A stretch of DNA of 64,000 nucleotides, taken from positions 15,553 to 79,552 of the forward strand of contig JAKANL010000002.1 in assembly GCA_021823685.1 (NCBI GenBank), written 5' to 3'. Origin of the DNA: a bacterium (lineage in GTDB: Bacteria > Babelota > Babeliae > Babelales > UBA12409). Of the stretch, positions 20,660 through 30,570 are shown one piece after another. Under the pieces are notes generated by a model. The model had not been told where the DNA came from, searched no databases, and saw only the letters and a list, made by a program, of their open reading frames with translations. Numbering within the stretch: position 1 is the stretch's first letter; the number at the start of each line of letters is the position of its first letter. The position numbers and the translations under genes were made by a program.

Positions 20660-22386
20660 AAACTCCCATCCAACAGTTTCTTCTTCACTTCTTGTAATTG
20701 GCCAAGAAGTAGTGCCACCTCGCGCTCATCATTACGCTCTTGAGCTTTTGCTATGCGCTCTTTTGATTGCTGTACAATTTTTTTCCATCCATAACGCAAA
20801 AAATCTTTAATCAACTGGTCACCGCCTCGCTCTTGCTGTTTATCATGCGCCATCACCATCTGATACGTCAACTGACGCTCATCATCGCCCAACATAAGAG
20901 CAAAATCTCCAAACGAATGTTGTGCTTGCAGTCCACGCTTTAATACAATCGCATGCAAAGTCTCTGGCAACGCGGTTATAAGCAATTGCACATCAGCACG
21001 TTCAAGCAATTCAGGCTGCTCAACCAATAAACAAAAAAGCTGTTTTTCAAGTTCACCGGCCGGGCCAGCTTGATGGGCAACCGATTTGAACTCCCCGGAA
21101 GGTGCCCCACTCGCGTTTTTTCTACTTTCAACGCGTAGTGTATTAAGCGGAATATGCAGTGCATGCGCTGCTTGCTGTAACAATAAATCTTTTTTTAAAG
21201 GATCGCCCACCGTTCCAATAACCTCAAGAATAGCGTGCGCCACGCCAACTTTCTTCTTCAGCGGCAAATCATCAAATGACGCACTTGTTTGCGTAATAAA
21301 AAAAGTAAAAATATCAAGCGCCTGACTAATAAAAACCTCGAGCGATTTACCCGCCCCTAAAAAAGATGCCGGATCATCACCGGCTGGAAGACACACTACT
21401 TTAATATCCAAATTAGCATTCCAGCACAATTCTGTCAACCGCAACATGGCCTTTATACCGGCCTGATCACCGTCGTAAAGCACATATACCCGATCAACAT
21501 AACGAGCAATAATCTTAAGATGCTCGGCCGTACAAGCCGTTCCCAGCGTGGCTACGGTATGATCAAAACCGGCCTGCGCCATAGCCAGGCAATCCATGTA
21601 TCCCTCAACCAAAAATACCGTTCCCTGCTCCTGAATGCTCTTTTTGGCGCGGTCCAACCCGAAAAGAAGCGCCCCCTTACTAAAATAGGCGTTTTCTTTG
21701 GTGTTATAGTACTTGGCGCGATCATCGCCACGCTTAAAAACACGCCCACCAAACCCGCACCAACGCCCCAGATGGTCGGCTATGGGAAACATAATGCGGT
21801 CTTCAAAAGGACTATACCATTCAGCGCCTCGTTGGCAAACAATGTGATACCGCGCAAGATCATGCACCAGAAAACCTTGTGGCTGCAACCAGGCACATAG
21901 CTGCCGTACGGCAGCAGCACCGGGCGGGAAATATCCCAACTTGAACGCTTCAACTGTTGCGGGGTGTAGTTGACGGGTTTGCACATACTGAAGCGCCACG
22001 TCAGATTTTTTAAGCTGCTGAGCGCACCAAAGCACAAGCGCCTGACAAAGTTGCCAATACCGTGCTTTTTCATCGGTATTTTCGGTCTTATGACTATCCA
22101 AAAGCTGCGCGGGAATTTCTACGTTAAATTTATCGGCCAATAATTTTGCCGCCTCCAATTGGCTGCAACGCTCGATTTGCGCAATGAATGAAATGACGTC
22201 GCCCGTCGCGTGACAGCCAAAACAGTAAAAAATTTCTTTATGCGGACTCACCGTAAAAGATGCGGTACGCTCGCTATGAAATGGGCATGATCCCTTTAAG
22301 TAGACACCAATCGGTTTAAGCGCGACATACTCGCGCACGACGTCAGCAATAGCAACGCGCTCTTTGACGTAGTTAAATACGTTCAT
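20656..22386 (-). CDS. dnaG: DNA primase
   Basis: Zinc finger is [40 protein letters not shown] motifs are LVEGYMDCL and YDGDQAG. There is a 4-nt overlap with rpoD. Confidence 0.93.
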   Translation of the reverse strand: MNVFNYVKERVAIADVVREYVALKPIGVYLKGSCPFHSERTASFTVSPHKEIFYCFGCHATGDVISFIAQIERCSQLEAAKLLADKFNVEIPAQLLDSHKTENTDEKARYWQLCQALVLWCAQQLKKSDVALQYVQTRQLHPATVEAFKLGYFPPGAAAVRQLCAWLQPQGFLVHDLARYHIVCQRGAEWYSPFEDRIMFPIADHLGRWCGFGGRVFKRGDDRAKYYNTKENAYFSKGALLFGLDRAKKSIQEQGTVFLVEGYMDCLAMAQAGFDHTVATLGTACTAEHLKIIARYVDRVYVLYDGDQAGIKAMLRLTELCWNANLDIKVVCLPAGDDPASFLGAGKSLEVFISQALDIFTFFITQTSASFDDLPLKKKVGVAHAILEVIGTVGDPLKKDLLLQQAAHALHIPLNTLRVESRKNASGAPSGEFKSVAHQAGPAGELEKQLFCLLVEQPELLERADVQLLITALPETLHAIVLKRGLQAQHSFGDFALMLGDDERQLTYQMVMAHDKQQERGGDQLIKDFLRYGWKKIVQQSKERIAKAQERNDEREVALLLGQLQEVKKKLLDGSF

Positions 22387-23165
22387 GAAACGTCAGCACG
22401 AACGCGGCGCACGCTCGTCCAGCACAAAAAAAGCACGCCGACTAAAAAGATCGCCGCAGCTACCAACTGATCAACCGAGAGCATGCCCCAAATTAATCGC
22501 GCTTGATCATAGTGTTCAGCGCGCCAGAAATCATTAAAAAAACGCTCAGCGGATGAACCAATTAAATATGCAGCAAAAAGCTGTCCCGGCTTGATAGCGA
22601 TATAACGAATCACAAACCGTAAAAGAAGAAAGAGCAAAAGAAGCGAAAAACTGCTGTAAAGCTGTGTTGGGTGACAGGGAACCCCTAAAATGGCATAGCT
22701 ATCTGGATGCGTATAAGTAATTGCCCAAGGCACATGCGTTGGATAGCCGTGGCAACACCCAGCGCAAAAACATCCGATGCGAGCAATCGACTGCATTAAG
22801 GGCGCGTAGGTCCCCACTAAATCAAGAATGGGTAACCATGTCAGGCGATAGTAGGTCAGATACAGCGGAATAAAAGCAATAAGCGCCAAAACGCTGCCCA
22901 AGAGCGAATAGCCAGAAGCAATATCAAAAATTTCGTACCACGCCTCGAATTCGTGATAATAATTCATGTAATAAAAAAGCCTGCCCCCAATGACACCGAT
23001 TGCAATACTCCACAACGCAAGTTTAGTGAGCTGATCACGCGTAATATAGCGAGCCGTTCTCGGATCATGTTCCATGGCCCATAAAAAAACAATAACGCCT
23101 ATGGCGATACAGAAACCGTACAAATTAAAAGCTATTCGACCGCAGGAAAATAAATAGGGAATCAC
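22383..23165 (-). CDS. lgt: Prolipoprotein diacylglyceryl transferase
   Basis: Polytopic 260 aa. Motifs are ARIGCFCAGCCHGYPT…PWAITY and HPTQLYSS. There is a 4-nt overlap with dnaG. Confidence 0.8.
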   Translation of the reverse strand: MIPYLFSCGRIAFNLYGFCIAIGVIVFLWAMEHDPRTARYITRDQLTKLALWSIAIGVIGGRLFYYMNYYHEFEAWYEIFDIASGYSLLGSVLALIAFIPLYLTYYRLTWLPILDLVGTYAPLMQSIARIGCFCAGCCHGYPTHVPWAITYTHPDSYAILGVPCHPTQLYSSFSLLLLFLLLRFVIRYIAIKPGQLFAAYLIGSSAERFFNDFWRAEHYDQARLIWGMLSVDQLVAAAIFLVGVLFLCWTSVRRVRADVS

Positions 23166-23300
23166 CGCATCGTCCTCGTGTTTTTATTTTCAGAATACCA
23201 GAAATTCGCACTCAACTGAACCGCCCTAAGAATCTCCCTTGCTCGGACACAGGCACAAATTTCCCCACCCAGCCGTACGCAGATCACGACCTCTTCACGT

Positions 23301-25265
23301 TTACGTTAACGGATTCGGCGTAAAATAAACGCGGCTCGCCAAACGTCGCAGGGGCAACGCCTCATAAATGACCATGATCACAGCAAAGTTTGGCGCCCTA
23401 ATACTTAAGGTACGTCGGTGGGTATTTTTAATTTTGGAAACGAGCGGTTTGGCCGGCCCCAATACGGTCATATCAGCCGATTTTCGGTCCATAAGCCACG
23501 AGGCCAATATGTGTGCATCGCGAATAACCGTTGGTTCATCGGCGTGTACCACTTCAAGCTCAACCAACCGTCCACACGGTGGGTATCCCAGCGCCTGCCG
23601 ATGAGCCAATTCATCGACATAAAAATTAATATAATCGCGCTCATTGAGATATCTATAAATGGGGTGGTCGGCCATCGTTTGTACAATTACCACACTCTCT
23701 TGAGATGCGCGGCCAGCACGCCCTGCTACCTGAGTAAGCTGTTGTAAGGTTGTCTCTGCCGCGTTAAAAACGGGAAAGTGAACATTTAAATCGGCCCACA
23801 AAATGCCAACAAGCGTTACCCCGGGAAAATGATACCCTTTCGTAATGGTTTGCGTGCCGACCAAAATATCAATGCGCCGTTCTAAAAAATCGGTAATCGT
23901 CTGTTGCCACAACTGTTTTTTACTCGTTACATCCAAATCGGCACGGGCCACGCGCGCCTGTTTAAAAAGTTCTTGAACGATGCCAACGACCTGCTGGGTA
24001 CCGATTCCCTTGCGCAAAAAGTGCGTGTGTTTGCACGCCGGGCAACGTGCAGGCATGGGTTGGTGTACCCCACAATAATGGCAATGCAAGCGCTGGTCGT
24101 GGTGGAGCGTCAAACTTACCGAGCAATGCGGGCAGTAGACAATATGAGCACATTGCTCGCACTGTACAAAAAAGCAAAGTCCACGACGATTAATAAAAAG
24201 AATAGATTGCTCACCACGTTCAAGCCGGAGCGCCAATTCACGTTCCAATTCTTTACTGATCCAAAAATTGCGGCGATTGCGCCGCTCTTTAGTCAAACTA
24301 ACCACCTGCACACGGGGAAACGCCCCGGTGTAACGTTGAGTTAATTTAAAAAGCTGCCAGCGCCCGGTTTTCACTTGATACAGTGACGCAATTGACGGCG
24401 TAGCCGAACCTAAAATAATCGGAATCATATACTGTTGGGCGCGCATGAGAGCAATATCTTTGGTATTTAATTTTGGATGTTTTTTTTCTTGGTATCCCAC
24501 CTCGTGCTCTTCATCGACAATAATCAGCCCAAGATTGCCGATGGGCAACAAAATTGGCATGTGCACGCCAACTAAAACGATTGGAGTTTGCGCAAGCAAA
24601 GCGGCCCACACCTGCTCTTTTTCCTTTTTACTGCTCGCCGAGTGAAAACTATACACGGGAGCATTAACTTCTAGCGTGTCTTTGAAGTGACGCGCAAATT
24701 GCACGGCCATGGAAACCTCGGGAAAAAGAACAACGGCCGTTTTTGATTGCTCACAACAACGAGCAATAAGTTTTTTATATACCTCTGTTTTGCCCGAACC
24801 CGTAACCCCATGAATAAGAGCCGGCACATAATGCGCCTGATCAAAAGCTGGGACTAGAGCATCATAAACGCATCGTTGCTCGGACGTTAAAACAACCGGA
24901 CCGGGTAACACCCGTTCGCCGAAAAGTGTTTCGTCTATCGCGTGCGGTTTATCATCATCTAAAAAATGCTGTAAGCGCTTGAGAAGCGTAATTCGATCGA
25001 TGGCATAGTGACGCGCGACACGTTCGATAAAAGCCGTATACCCGTCGTCATCGGGTACGGCGCCAAGACTTTGTAGCTCACGAACTTCGAACGTTATGCG
25101 AGTATCTAATTGCGCACATTGCTGGCAAACTAGCCCATAAACCAACCGATTACGCAAGGGAACTTGAACAATACGCCCGATGAGCTTGGTGCCATGATAT
25201 AGTTCTGGAACACGGTACGCGAGCGGTTTTTGAAAACCATTAAGCAAACGAACGACAATATACAT
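23301..25265 (-). CDS. priA: Primosomal replication-restart helicase PriA
   Basis: Motifs HGVTGSGKTEVY and IIVDEEHE are present. The Cys-rich insert is CEQCAHIVYCPHCSVSLTLH…CHYCG…CPACK. Confidence 0.93.
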   Translation of the reverse strand: MYIVVRLLNGFQKPLAYRVPELYHGTKLIGRIVQVPLRNRLVYGLVCQQCAQLDTRITFEVRELQSLGAVPDDDGYTAFIERVARHYAIDRITLLKRLQHFLDDDKPHAIDETLFGERVLPGPVVLTSEQRCVYDALVPAFDQAHYVPALIHGVTGSGKTEVYKKLIARCCEQSKTAVVLFPEVSMAVQFARHFKDTLEVNAPVYSFHSASSKKEKEQVWAALLAQTPIVLVGVHMPILLPIGNLGLIIVDEEHEVGYQEKKHPKLNTKDIALMRAQQYMIPIILGSATPSIASLYQVKTGRWQLFKLTQRYTGAFPRVQVVSLTKERRNRRNFWISKELERELALRLERGEQSILFINRRGLCFFVQCEQCAHIVYCPHCSVSLTLHHDQRLHCHYCGVHQPMPARCPACKHTHFLRKGIGTQQVVGIVQELFKQARVARADLDVTSKKQLWQQTITDFLERRIDILVGTQTITKGYHFPGVTLVGILWADLNVHFPVFNAAETTLQQLTQVAGRAGRASQESVVIVQTMADHPIYRYLNERDYINFYVDELAHRQALGYPPCGRLVELEVVHADEPTVIRDAHILASWLMDRKSADMTVLGPAKPLVSKIKNTHRRTLSIRAPNFAVIMVIYEALPLRRLASRVYFTPNPLT

Positions 25266-25353
25266 AGGTTATAGTCTACCGCACCTACCATCGGGGGTAC
25301 ATCGAAAAGCCTGAACAATGGTCATACGATTACCTTCGATAACTCAATTCATA

Positions 25354-25875
25354 CTAGCGCACGATTTCAATGCCGCCGAAAACGGTTGTGCCCGTAAGCG
25401 TAAGAACGACGACACCTTCGCCCTCTTCGGCGTGATTATCGCACCCGCCAAAAGCTGACGTACCCTGGCACTTAACGTTCCAACTTGGTGGCACAATAAG
25501 CTTCATGCCGCCAAACACGAGCGTGCAATCAATGACGATACTAGCACTAGCCGCGGTAACACCGCTTAAATCAATGGTCCCGCCACCAAAAACAGTTGTC
25601 ACGCTTCCACCGTCAAACCGCTCGGATTTAACCATGCGATTTAACGCACAAAATACTGCTGTCTCATTGAGACGATCTACCGCTATGGTTACGGTTTTTT
25701 CGTGCCCACGATGGCATCGGTGATAGCAAGAGTAATGATTTTTACCCATAAGAATTTTGACGCCCAAGGCGATAAAGAGCAGTGCCAACAAAATTTTAAA
25801 TGCTAAACCGCCGATAAGAATACTCATGCCAACCGCAATGATGATTAAACCAAGAATCATATGTGCCATAATCAT
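25354..25875 (-). CDS. LiaF-like / DUF2154-type cell-envelope stress protein (2 TM + beta-rich C-domain)
   Basis: The N-terminus has two TM helices. The C-domain carries repeated VFGG units (TTVFGGGTIDLSGV, CTLVFGGMKLIVPPSWNV, GTTVFGGIEIV), as in LiaF C-terminal domains. Confidence 0.5.
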   Translation of the reverse strand: MIMAHMILGLIIIAVGMSILIGGLAFKILLALLFIALGVKILMGKNHYSCYHRCHRGHEKTVTIAVDRLNETAVFCALNRMVKSERFDGGSVTTVFGGGTIDLSGVTAASASIVIDCTLVFGGMKLIVPPSWNVKCQGTSAFGGCDNHAEEGEGVVVLTLTGTTVFGGIEIVR

Positions 25876-25880
25876 ACTCG

Positions 25881-26237
25881 TTAATTAATGGTGAAACTTT
25901 TTACAAAATCAACTAATTGGTGCGGCATGTGGGCCACCAGCGGAGAATTCACATGAACCAAACCATATGCAATGACCACGCACAAGGCTGAAAGCGTAAT
26001 CAAAAACATCATAATCTCTGCGCCGGGGATCCTGCCAAAAATAATACGTAATCCGAGCAAAATAAGTGCAACCGGCCAGAAAGGCCAAATAAAGTCCCAA
26101 ATTTGCCATGGCACGACACCAAAACTATTGAGAAGCAAGAAAATGCCAGCTAACAATATGAACAGCCCACTCGTGTACGAGTGGCGATGATGGTGGCAAT
26201 AACGATAATATTCGGCGTCATATTTGTGGGTGGGCAT
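25881..26237 (-). CDS. DUF5668-like (LiaI-LiaF-like TM region) membrane protein
   Basis: The start is taken at ATG 26237 (MPTHKYDAEYYRYCHHHRH…). It has four hydrophobic helices, including LFILLAGIFLLLNSFGVVPWQIWDFIWPFWPVALILLGLRIIFG. Confidence 0.45.
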   Translation of the reverse strand: MPTHKYDAEYYRYCHHHRHSYTSGLFILLAGIFLLLNSFGVVPWQIWDFIWPFWPVALILLGLRIIFGRIPGAEIMMFLITLSALCVVIAYGLVHVNSPLVAHMPHQLVDFVKSFTIN

Positions 26238-26368
26238 AAGTAACCCCTTTCTTTTTTTACTCCTGTCAGCGTAGCATGTTTTGGCCGACCCGACAAAAAA
26301 TAAACCTCCACACAAACCGCCAGAACGCTCCCCGCAAACGCGTTTTACCCCTCCCCTTTTTCCCCAAT

Positions 26369-26390
26369 ATTTGCTATACTAATAGCAAAT
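26369..26390 (+). promoter_or_regulatory. Perfect 9-bp inverted repeat overlapping an extended -10 element upstream of polA
   Basis: ATTTGCTAT-ACTA-ATAGCAAAT. It contains TGcTATACT (26372-26380). The polA ATG is at 26414. Confidence 0.5.
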
Positions 26391-26413
26391 ACTCAATAAA
26401 CCGGTCTAGAACT

Positions 26414-29119
26414 ATGAAAAAACAATTATTAGTTATCGATGGATCATCATTTTTATACCGTGCCTATTACAGCATGCGGCCGTTGCATACCCCTAACGGA
26501 CAGCCGGTTAATGCGGTATATGGCTTTTGCCGCATGATTAAGAAACTTATTGGGTCGTTTAAACCCCAGCATGTAGTCCTCGTGTGGGACAGCCGTGGCA
26601 AAACCGTGCGCCACGAAATGTATGACCAATACAAAGCCACACGTCAGGCGCCACCCAGCGATCTTTTTGATCAAAAAAAGCTTATCTTAGAATTTACCCA
26701 GCTCATTGGCATGCATCAAGTTGCTCACGACGGCGTTGAGGCTGATGATTTAATCGGCACTTTGGCACATAAATTTGCCCAACGCGATTACGAAGTTATC
26801 GTTATCACATCAGATAAAGATTTGTGCCAACTGTTGGGCGAACGCATAACCATTTTTGACCCTTTCAAAGATACACACGTCACACGCGAATCGTTTGAAA
26901 CAGAAAAAAAGATTCCCGTATCAAAACTTACGTTTTACTACGCGCTCGTCGGAGATGCCTCAGATAACATTCCTGGCGTCAAAGGCATTGGCCCTAAAAA
27001 TGCCCTTGATTTGGTCACGCAATTTAAAACACTTGAAGATCTGTATGAAAACATATCACGTGTTGCCAGTCAACGCGTGCGCACTGCGCTTGAAACCAAC
27101 AAAACAAACGCTTTTTTAAGCCAAGATTTATTTACCCTGCGCACGATTCCAAGCAACACAAGCGAACAAGATATTGTGTTTACCGAAAGCAATTGGATTA
27201 AGGCACAACCGTTTTTTGAGCGACTACAATTTACCAGCCTGCTCAAGGAACTTTCTGCGGGCAATACGCAACAAACTATAACGCCGTTTGGACCGTTATC
27301 TACGCCGCTGCACGAAAAATATCGATTTACTCCAATCACCACCCGACAAGCGCTCATAGATTTAACTGCCAGACTTGCTCAGGCGCCTATGATCGCCCTG
27401 GACACCGAAACCGATTCGCTCCACCCGCTTCAAAGCACGCTCGTCGGTCTTTCGCTGTGTATGCAAGAGGGAGAAGCTTTTTATCTTCCACTCAAGCACA
27501 AAACGGAGCAGGAACAGCTGTCACTTTCAGACGTTCAAGAAATCTTAGGACCGTTGTTCGCCGATTCAGAACGCAAAAAAATTTTACATCACGCTAAATT
27601 TGATCAGCTCGTTTTGCAACACGCCGGCTTACCGCTGCGCGGCGTCGCGTTTGATACCATGGTGGCCGCCAGCTTGATCGTTCCCGACGGGCAGCGTGTT
27701 GGACTTAAGGCACTTTCGCAAAGCTATTTTGATGAACGCATGCTCACTTTTTCAGATGTCGTTGAAAAAAACAAGTATCCAAAGTTTACGCACGTACCAG
27801 TTACACTGGCAACGCAGTACGCAGCCGCCGATGCGCACCAAACGTTTAAACTGTGGCGCGTATTTGCCCCGCACATTAAAGATTCGAGCCTGCAAACGTT
27901 ATATGAAACAATCGAACACCCGCTCATTGAAGTGCTTTGCGCAATGGAAACGGAGGGCATCGCATGCAATGCCGAACTTTTAGGCCACATGGACAAAGAA
28001 CTCACCAAAGCTTTAAGCGAACTTGATACCGAAATTCACGCGCTTACTGGGTCTATGCCCGGCACCATTAATCTGAACTCGCCCAAGCAGCTCGAACAGC
28101 TGCTTTTTGGCCAACTCAAATTACCACCACAAAAAAAGAAAAAAACGGGATATTCAACCGATCAAGAAGTTCTGCAAGCGCTAGCCGATCTCCACGTTGT
28201 TCCACGCCTTATTTTGAAATATCGCGAATGGCACAAACTGAAAAGCACGTACGTCAGCGCCCTTCCACAGGCCATCTTGCCGGAAACGGGCAAGATACAC
28301 ACATCATTTAACCAAATCAGTGTCGCTACTGGCCGCCTTGCAAGCACCGAGCCCAATCTGCAAAATATACCGGTCCAAACCGGCCCGGTTACCGTTCGTT
28401 CAGCATTTTATGCGCCAGATAATCACGTGTTTATATCAGCAGATTATTCGCAAATCGAATTGCGCGTTTTGGCCTATTTAGCGCAAGACCAAACGCTGAT
28501 CGACGCGTTCAAACACGACCGCGACATTCACACACAAACGGCAGCAACGTTGTTTGACGTACACGCAGAACAGATAACGCACGAACAACGGCAAATTGGT
28601 AAAAGAATTAACTTCAGTATTTTATACGGACAAACACCGTTTGGATTAGCACGCGAGCTTAATATCCCGGCCAGTCAGGCAAAAATTTATATCGATAAAT
28701 ATTTTGCACAGTATCCATCGGTGCGCGACTGGATGGCCGCGGTTATCGAGCAAACCAAACAAACCGGCTACACCTCAACGCTTTGGGGGCGCAAACGGTT
28801 CGTTCCAGGCATCAAAGAAAAAAATAAGAACTTATTCGAGGCCGCATGCCGTATTGCAGTCAATACGTGGGCGCAGGGAACGGCCGCTGAAATTATGAAA
28901 TTGGGCATGATTAGACTTCATGAACAATTTAAAACACAAAAATTAGGCGCACGCATCATTTTACAAATCCACGATGAATTACTCATCAGCGTACCGCACG
29001 AAGAACTGCAACCAACCCAGCAACTTGTCCAGAAAACGCTCGAAACGGTCGTTGATTGGAATGTCCCGCTCAAAGTTACCGTACGCTCAGGTAAAACGTG
29101 GCAAGAAGTAACCAAATAG
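26414..29119 (+). CDS. polA: DNA polymerase I (5' nuclease + 3'-5' exo + polymerase)
   Basis: MKKQLLVIDGSSFLYRAYY marks the 5' nuclease, ALDTETDSL the exo I motif, and ISADYSQIELRVLA, RQIGKRINFSILYGQ and QIHDELL the polymerase motifs A/B/C. The 46-codon upstream extension in the ORF track has no PolA counterpart. Confidence 0.95.
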   Translation: MKKQLLVIDGSSFLYRAYYSMRPLHTPNGQPVNAVYGFCRMIKKLIGSFKPQHVVLVWDSRGKTVRHEMYDQYKATRQAPPSDLFDQKKLILEFTQLIGMHQVAHDGVEADDLIGTLAHKFAQRDYEVIVITSDKDLCQLLGERITIFDPFKDTHVTRESFETEKKIPVSKLTFYYALVGDASDNIPGVKGIGPKNALDLVTQFKTLEDLYENISRVASQRVRTALETNKTNAFLSQDLFTLRTIPSNTSEQDIVFTESNWIKAQPFFERLQFTSLLKELSAGNTQQTITPFGPLSTPLHEKYRFTPITTRQALIDLTARLAQAPMIALDTETDSLHPLQSTLVGLSLCMQEGEAFYLPLKHKTEQEQLSLSDVQEILGPLFADSERKKILHHAKFDQLVLQHAGLPLRGVAFDTMVAASLIVPDGQRVGLKALSQSYFDERMLTFSDVVEKNKYPKFTHVPVTLATQYAAADAHQTFKLWRVFAPHIKDSSLQTLYETIEHPLIEVLCAMETEGIACNAELLGHMDKELTKALSELDTEIHALTGSMPGTINLNSPKQLEQLLFGQLKLPPQKKKKTGYSTDQEVLQALADLHVVPRLILKYREWHKLKSTYVSALPQAILPETGKIHTSFNQISVATGRLASTEPNLQNIPVQTGPVTVRSAFYAPDNHVFISADYSQIELRVLAYLAQDQTLIDAFKHDRDIHTQTAATLFDVHAEQITHEQRQIGKRINFSILYGQTPFGLARELNIPASQAKIYIDKYFAQYPSVRDWMAAVIEQTKQTGYTSTLWGRKRFVPGIKEKNKNLFEAACRIAVNTWAQGTAAEIMKLGMIRLHEQFKTQKLGARIILQIHDELLISVPHEELQPTQQLVQKTLETVVDWNVPLKVTVRSGKTWQEVTK

Positions 29120-29125
29120 TGCGCG

Positions 29126-29153
29126 TTGACATTTATACGCTATAACGTATACT
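29126..29153 (+). promoter_or_regulatory. Candidate sigma70 promoter for rpmA
   Basis: TTGACA (29126-29131), 16-nt spacer, TATACT (29148-29153). Confidence 0.55.
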
Positions 29154-29230
29154 AAAAGCAGTAGTATACGTGGTAATGACGCCCCATATTATTTGTCTTT
29201 TTCTTTTAATAACATTTAAGGATTTCAACG

Positions 29231-29503
29231 ATGGCGACATCAAAAAGCGGCGGTTCTACTTCGAACGGTCGCGAGAGTCAGAGCAAACGGCTTGGCATAA
29301 AGCTTTTTGATGGACAAAAAGTTCAGGGTGGCGAAATTATCGTTCGCCAAAGGGGCACACCGGTTCGTCCAGGCAAAGGTGTTGGTCGGGGGACCGATGA
29401 TACCCTTTTTGCAATGGCAGCTGGTTACATTAAATTCCATGGTGGCCCTAAAGGTTGCAAATATGTTTCAGTTATTGGACAATGGCCAGTTGTACAGTCG
29501 TAA
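29231..29503 (+). CDS. rpmA: 50S ribosomal protein L27
   Basis: The sequence KSGGSTSNGRESQSKRLGIKLFDGQKVQGGEIIVRQRGT…PGKGVGRGTDDTLFA is canonical L27. Confidence 0.93.
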   Translation: MATSKSGGSTSNGRESQSKRLGIKLFDGQKVQGGEIIVRQRGTPVRPGKGVGRGTDDTLFAMAAGYIKFHGGPKGCKYVSVIGQWPVVQS

Positions 29504-29536
29504 AAACCCTAAAAATACAGAGCGTTTAGGAGAGTC

Positions 29537-30457
29537 ATGATCGATATTACCAAGCGTCACATTGATTTTATTAAGTATCAGTGGATTGGATTCGTAGTTC
29601 TAACGGTTATCCTCAGCACGTTTGCTGGTTTTTATTTTTATCGGGGCGGATTCAATTACGGTATCGATTTCACCGGTGGCACCCAAGTAATTTTACGTTT
29701 TGAAAAACCGATAGAATCTAATCAACTACGCGATCTGCTTATATCACAAGATTGGCGCGGCATGAGCGTTTCAGAATTCGATAAACACGATTTCCGCGTA
29801 CGCATTCAAGAAGTCTCCGTTGAAACCGTTGGCCTTGGTGAAAAAATTAAAGATCTTGCCGAAAAAGGCTTTCCTGGTAACAACGTAACGCTTTTACAAA
29901 GTGAACACGTCAGTGCAAGCATTGGCCATTCGTTAATATGGAACGCTATTTATGCTATGTTGCTTGCCATCCTTCTCATGATGATCTATATCTTCGCCCG
30001 ATTCACTTTTTCTTTCGCTGTTGGAGCCGTTGTTTCGCTCATTCATGACGCATTCGCCATCGGCGCGTTCTTTTTGTTATTCAATCGTGAAGTTTCAGTT
30101 GACGTTGTTGCTGCCGTGCTGCTCGTTTTGGGCTACTCGATGAACGATACCATTGTTATCTTCTCACGTATAAGAGAGCAATTTAAACACGCCGGCCAAG
30201 CCAGTGATACCGAGTTGGTTAATCGTGCCATTAACACAACCTTAAAAAGAACGTTACTCACGAGTTTTGCAACGCTTTTGGTCGTATCTTCAGTGCTCAT
30301 TCTGGGTGGTGAAGCGCTGCGCAATTTAGCCCTTGCTTTGTTTGTTGGTATTTTTGTTGGCACATACTCTTCCATTTTCATAGCCAGTCCTGTTATGCTA
30401 TTACTGCGTGGGCATGGCAAGAAGGAAATTGGCCAATCAAGCGCTCATTCCGTATAA
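29537..30457 (+). CDS. secF: Protein-export membrane protein SecF
   Basis: AGGAGA lies upstream of the ATG. GIDFTGGTQV is present, followed by a six-TM SecDF-type core (LIHDAFAIGAFFLL, GYSMNDTIVIFSRIRE). Confidence 0.85.
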   Translation: MIDITKRHIDFIKYQWIGFVVLTVILSTFAGFYFYRGGFNYGIDFTGGTQVILRFEKPIESNQLRDLLISQDWRGMSVSEFDKHDFRVRIQEVSVETVGLGEKIKDLAEKGFPGNNVTLLQSEHVSASIGHSLIWNAIYAMLLAILLMMIYIFARFTFSFAVGAVVSLIHDAFAIGAFFLLFNREVSVDVVAAVLLVLGYSMNDTIVIFSRIREQFKHAGQASDTELVNRAINTTLKRTLLTSFATLLVVSSVLILGGEALRNLALALFVGIFVGTYSSIFIASPVMLLLRGHGKKEIGQSSAHSV

Positions 30458-30570
30458 ATTATAAAAAAAGAGTTTTGCAGTCGTAGTTGAGTCCCGCGCG
30501 TGCTTGCGTATTGAATAAAAGTCTAACGAGAGCAGCTTATATTATGTTTTTTAACCATTAAGGGGGTTGC

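Noticed and set aside
26276-26413. N-terminal extensions suggested by the ORF track for polA (26276), mutL (36288), the second DUF4143 ATPase (62313), the DUF5668-like gene (26315) and others
   Set aside because: The extensions have no counterpart in the conserved N-termini of these families. They overlap promoter-like elements and start at non-ATG codons. Internal ATG starts with an RBS or leaderless geometry fit better.
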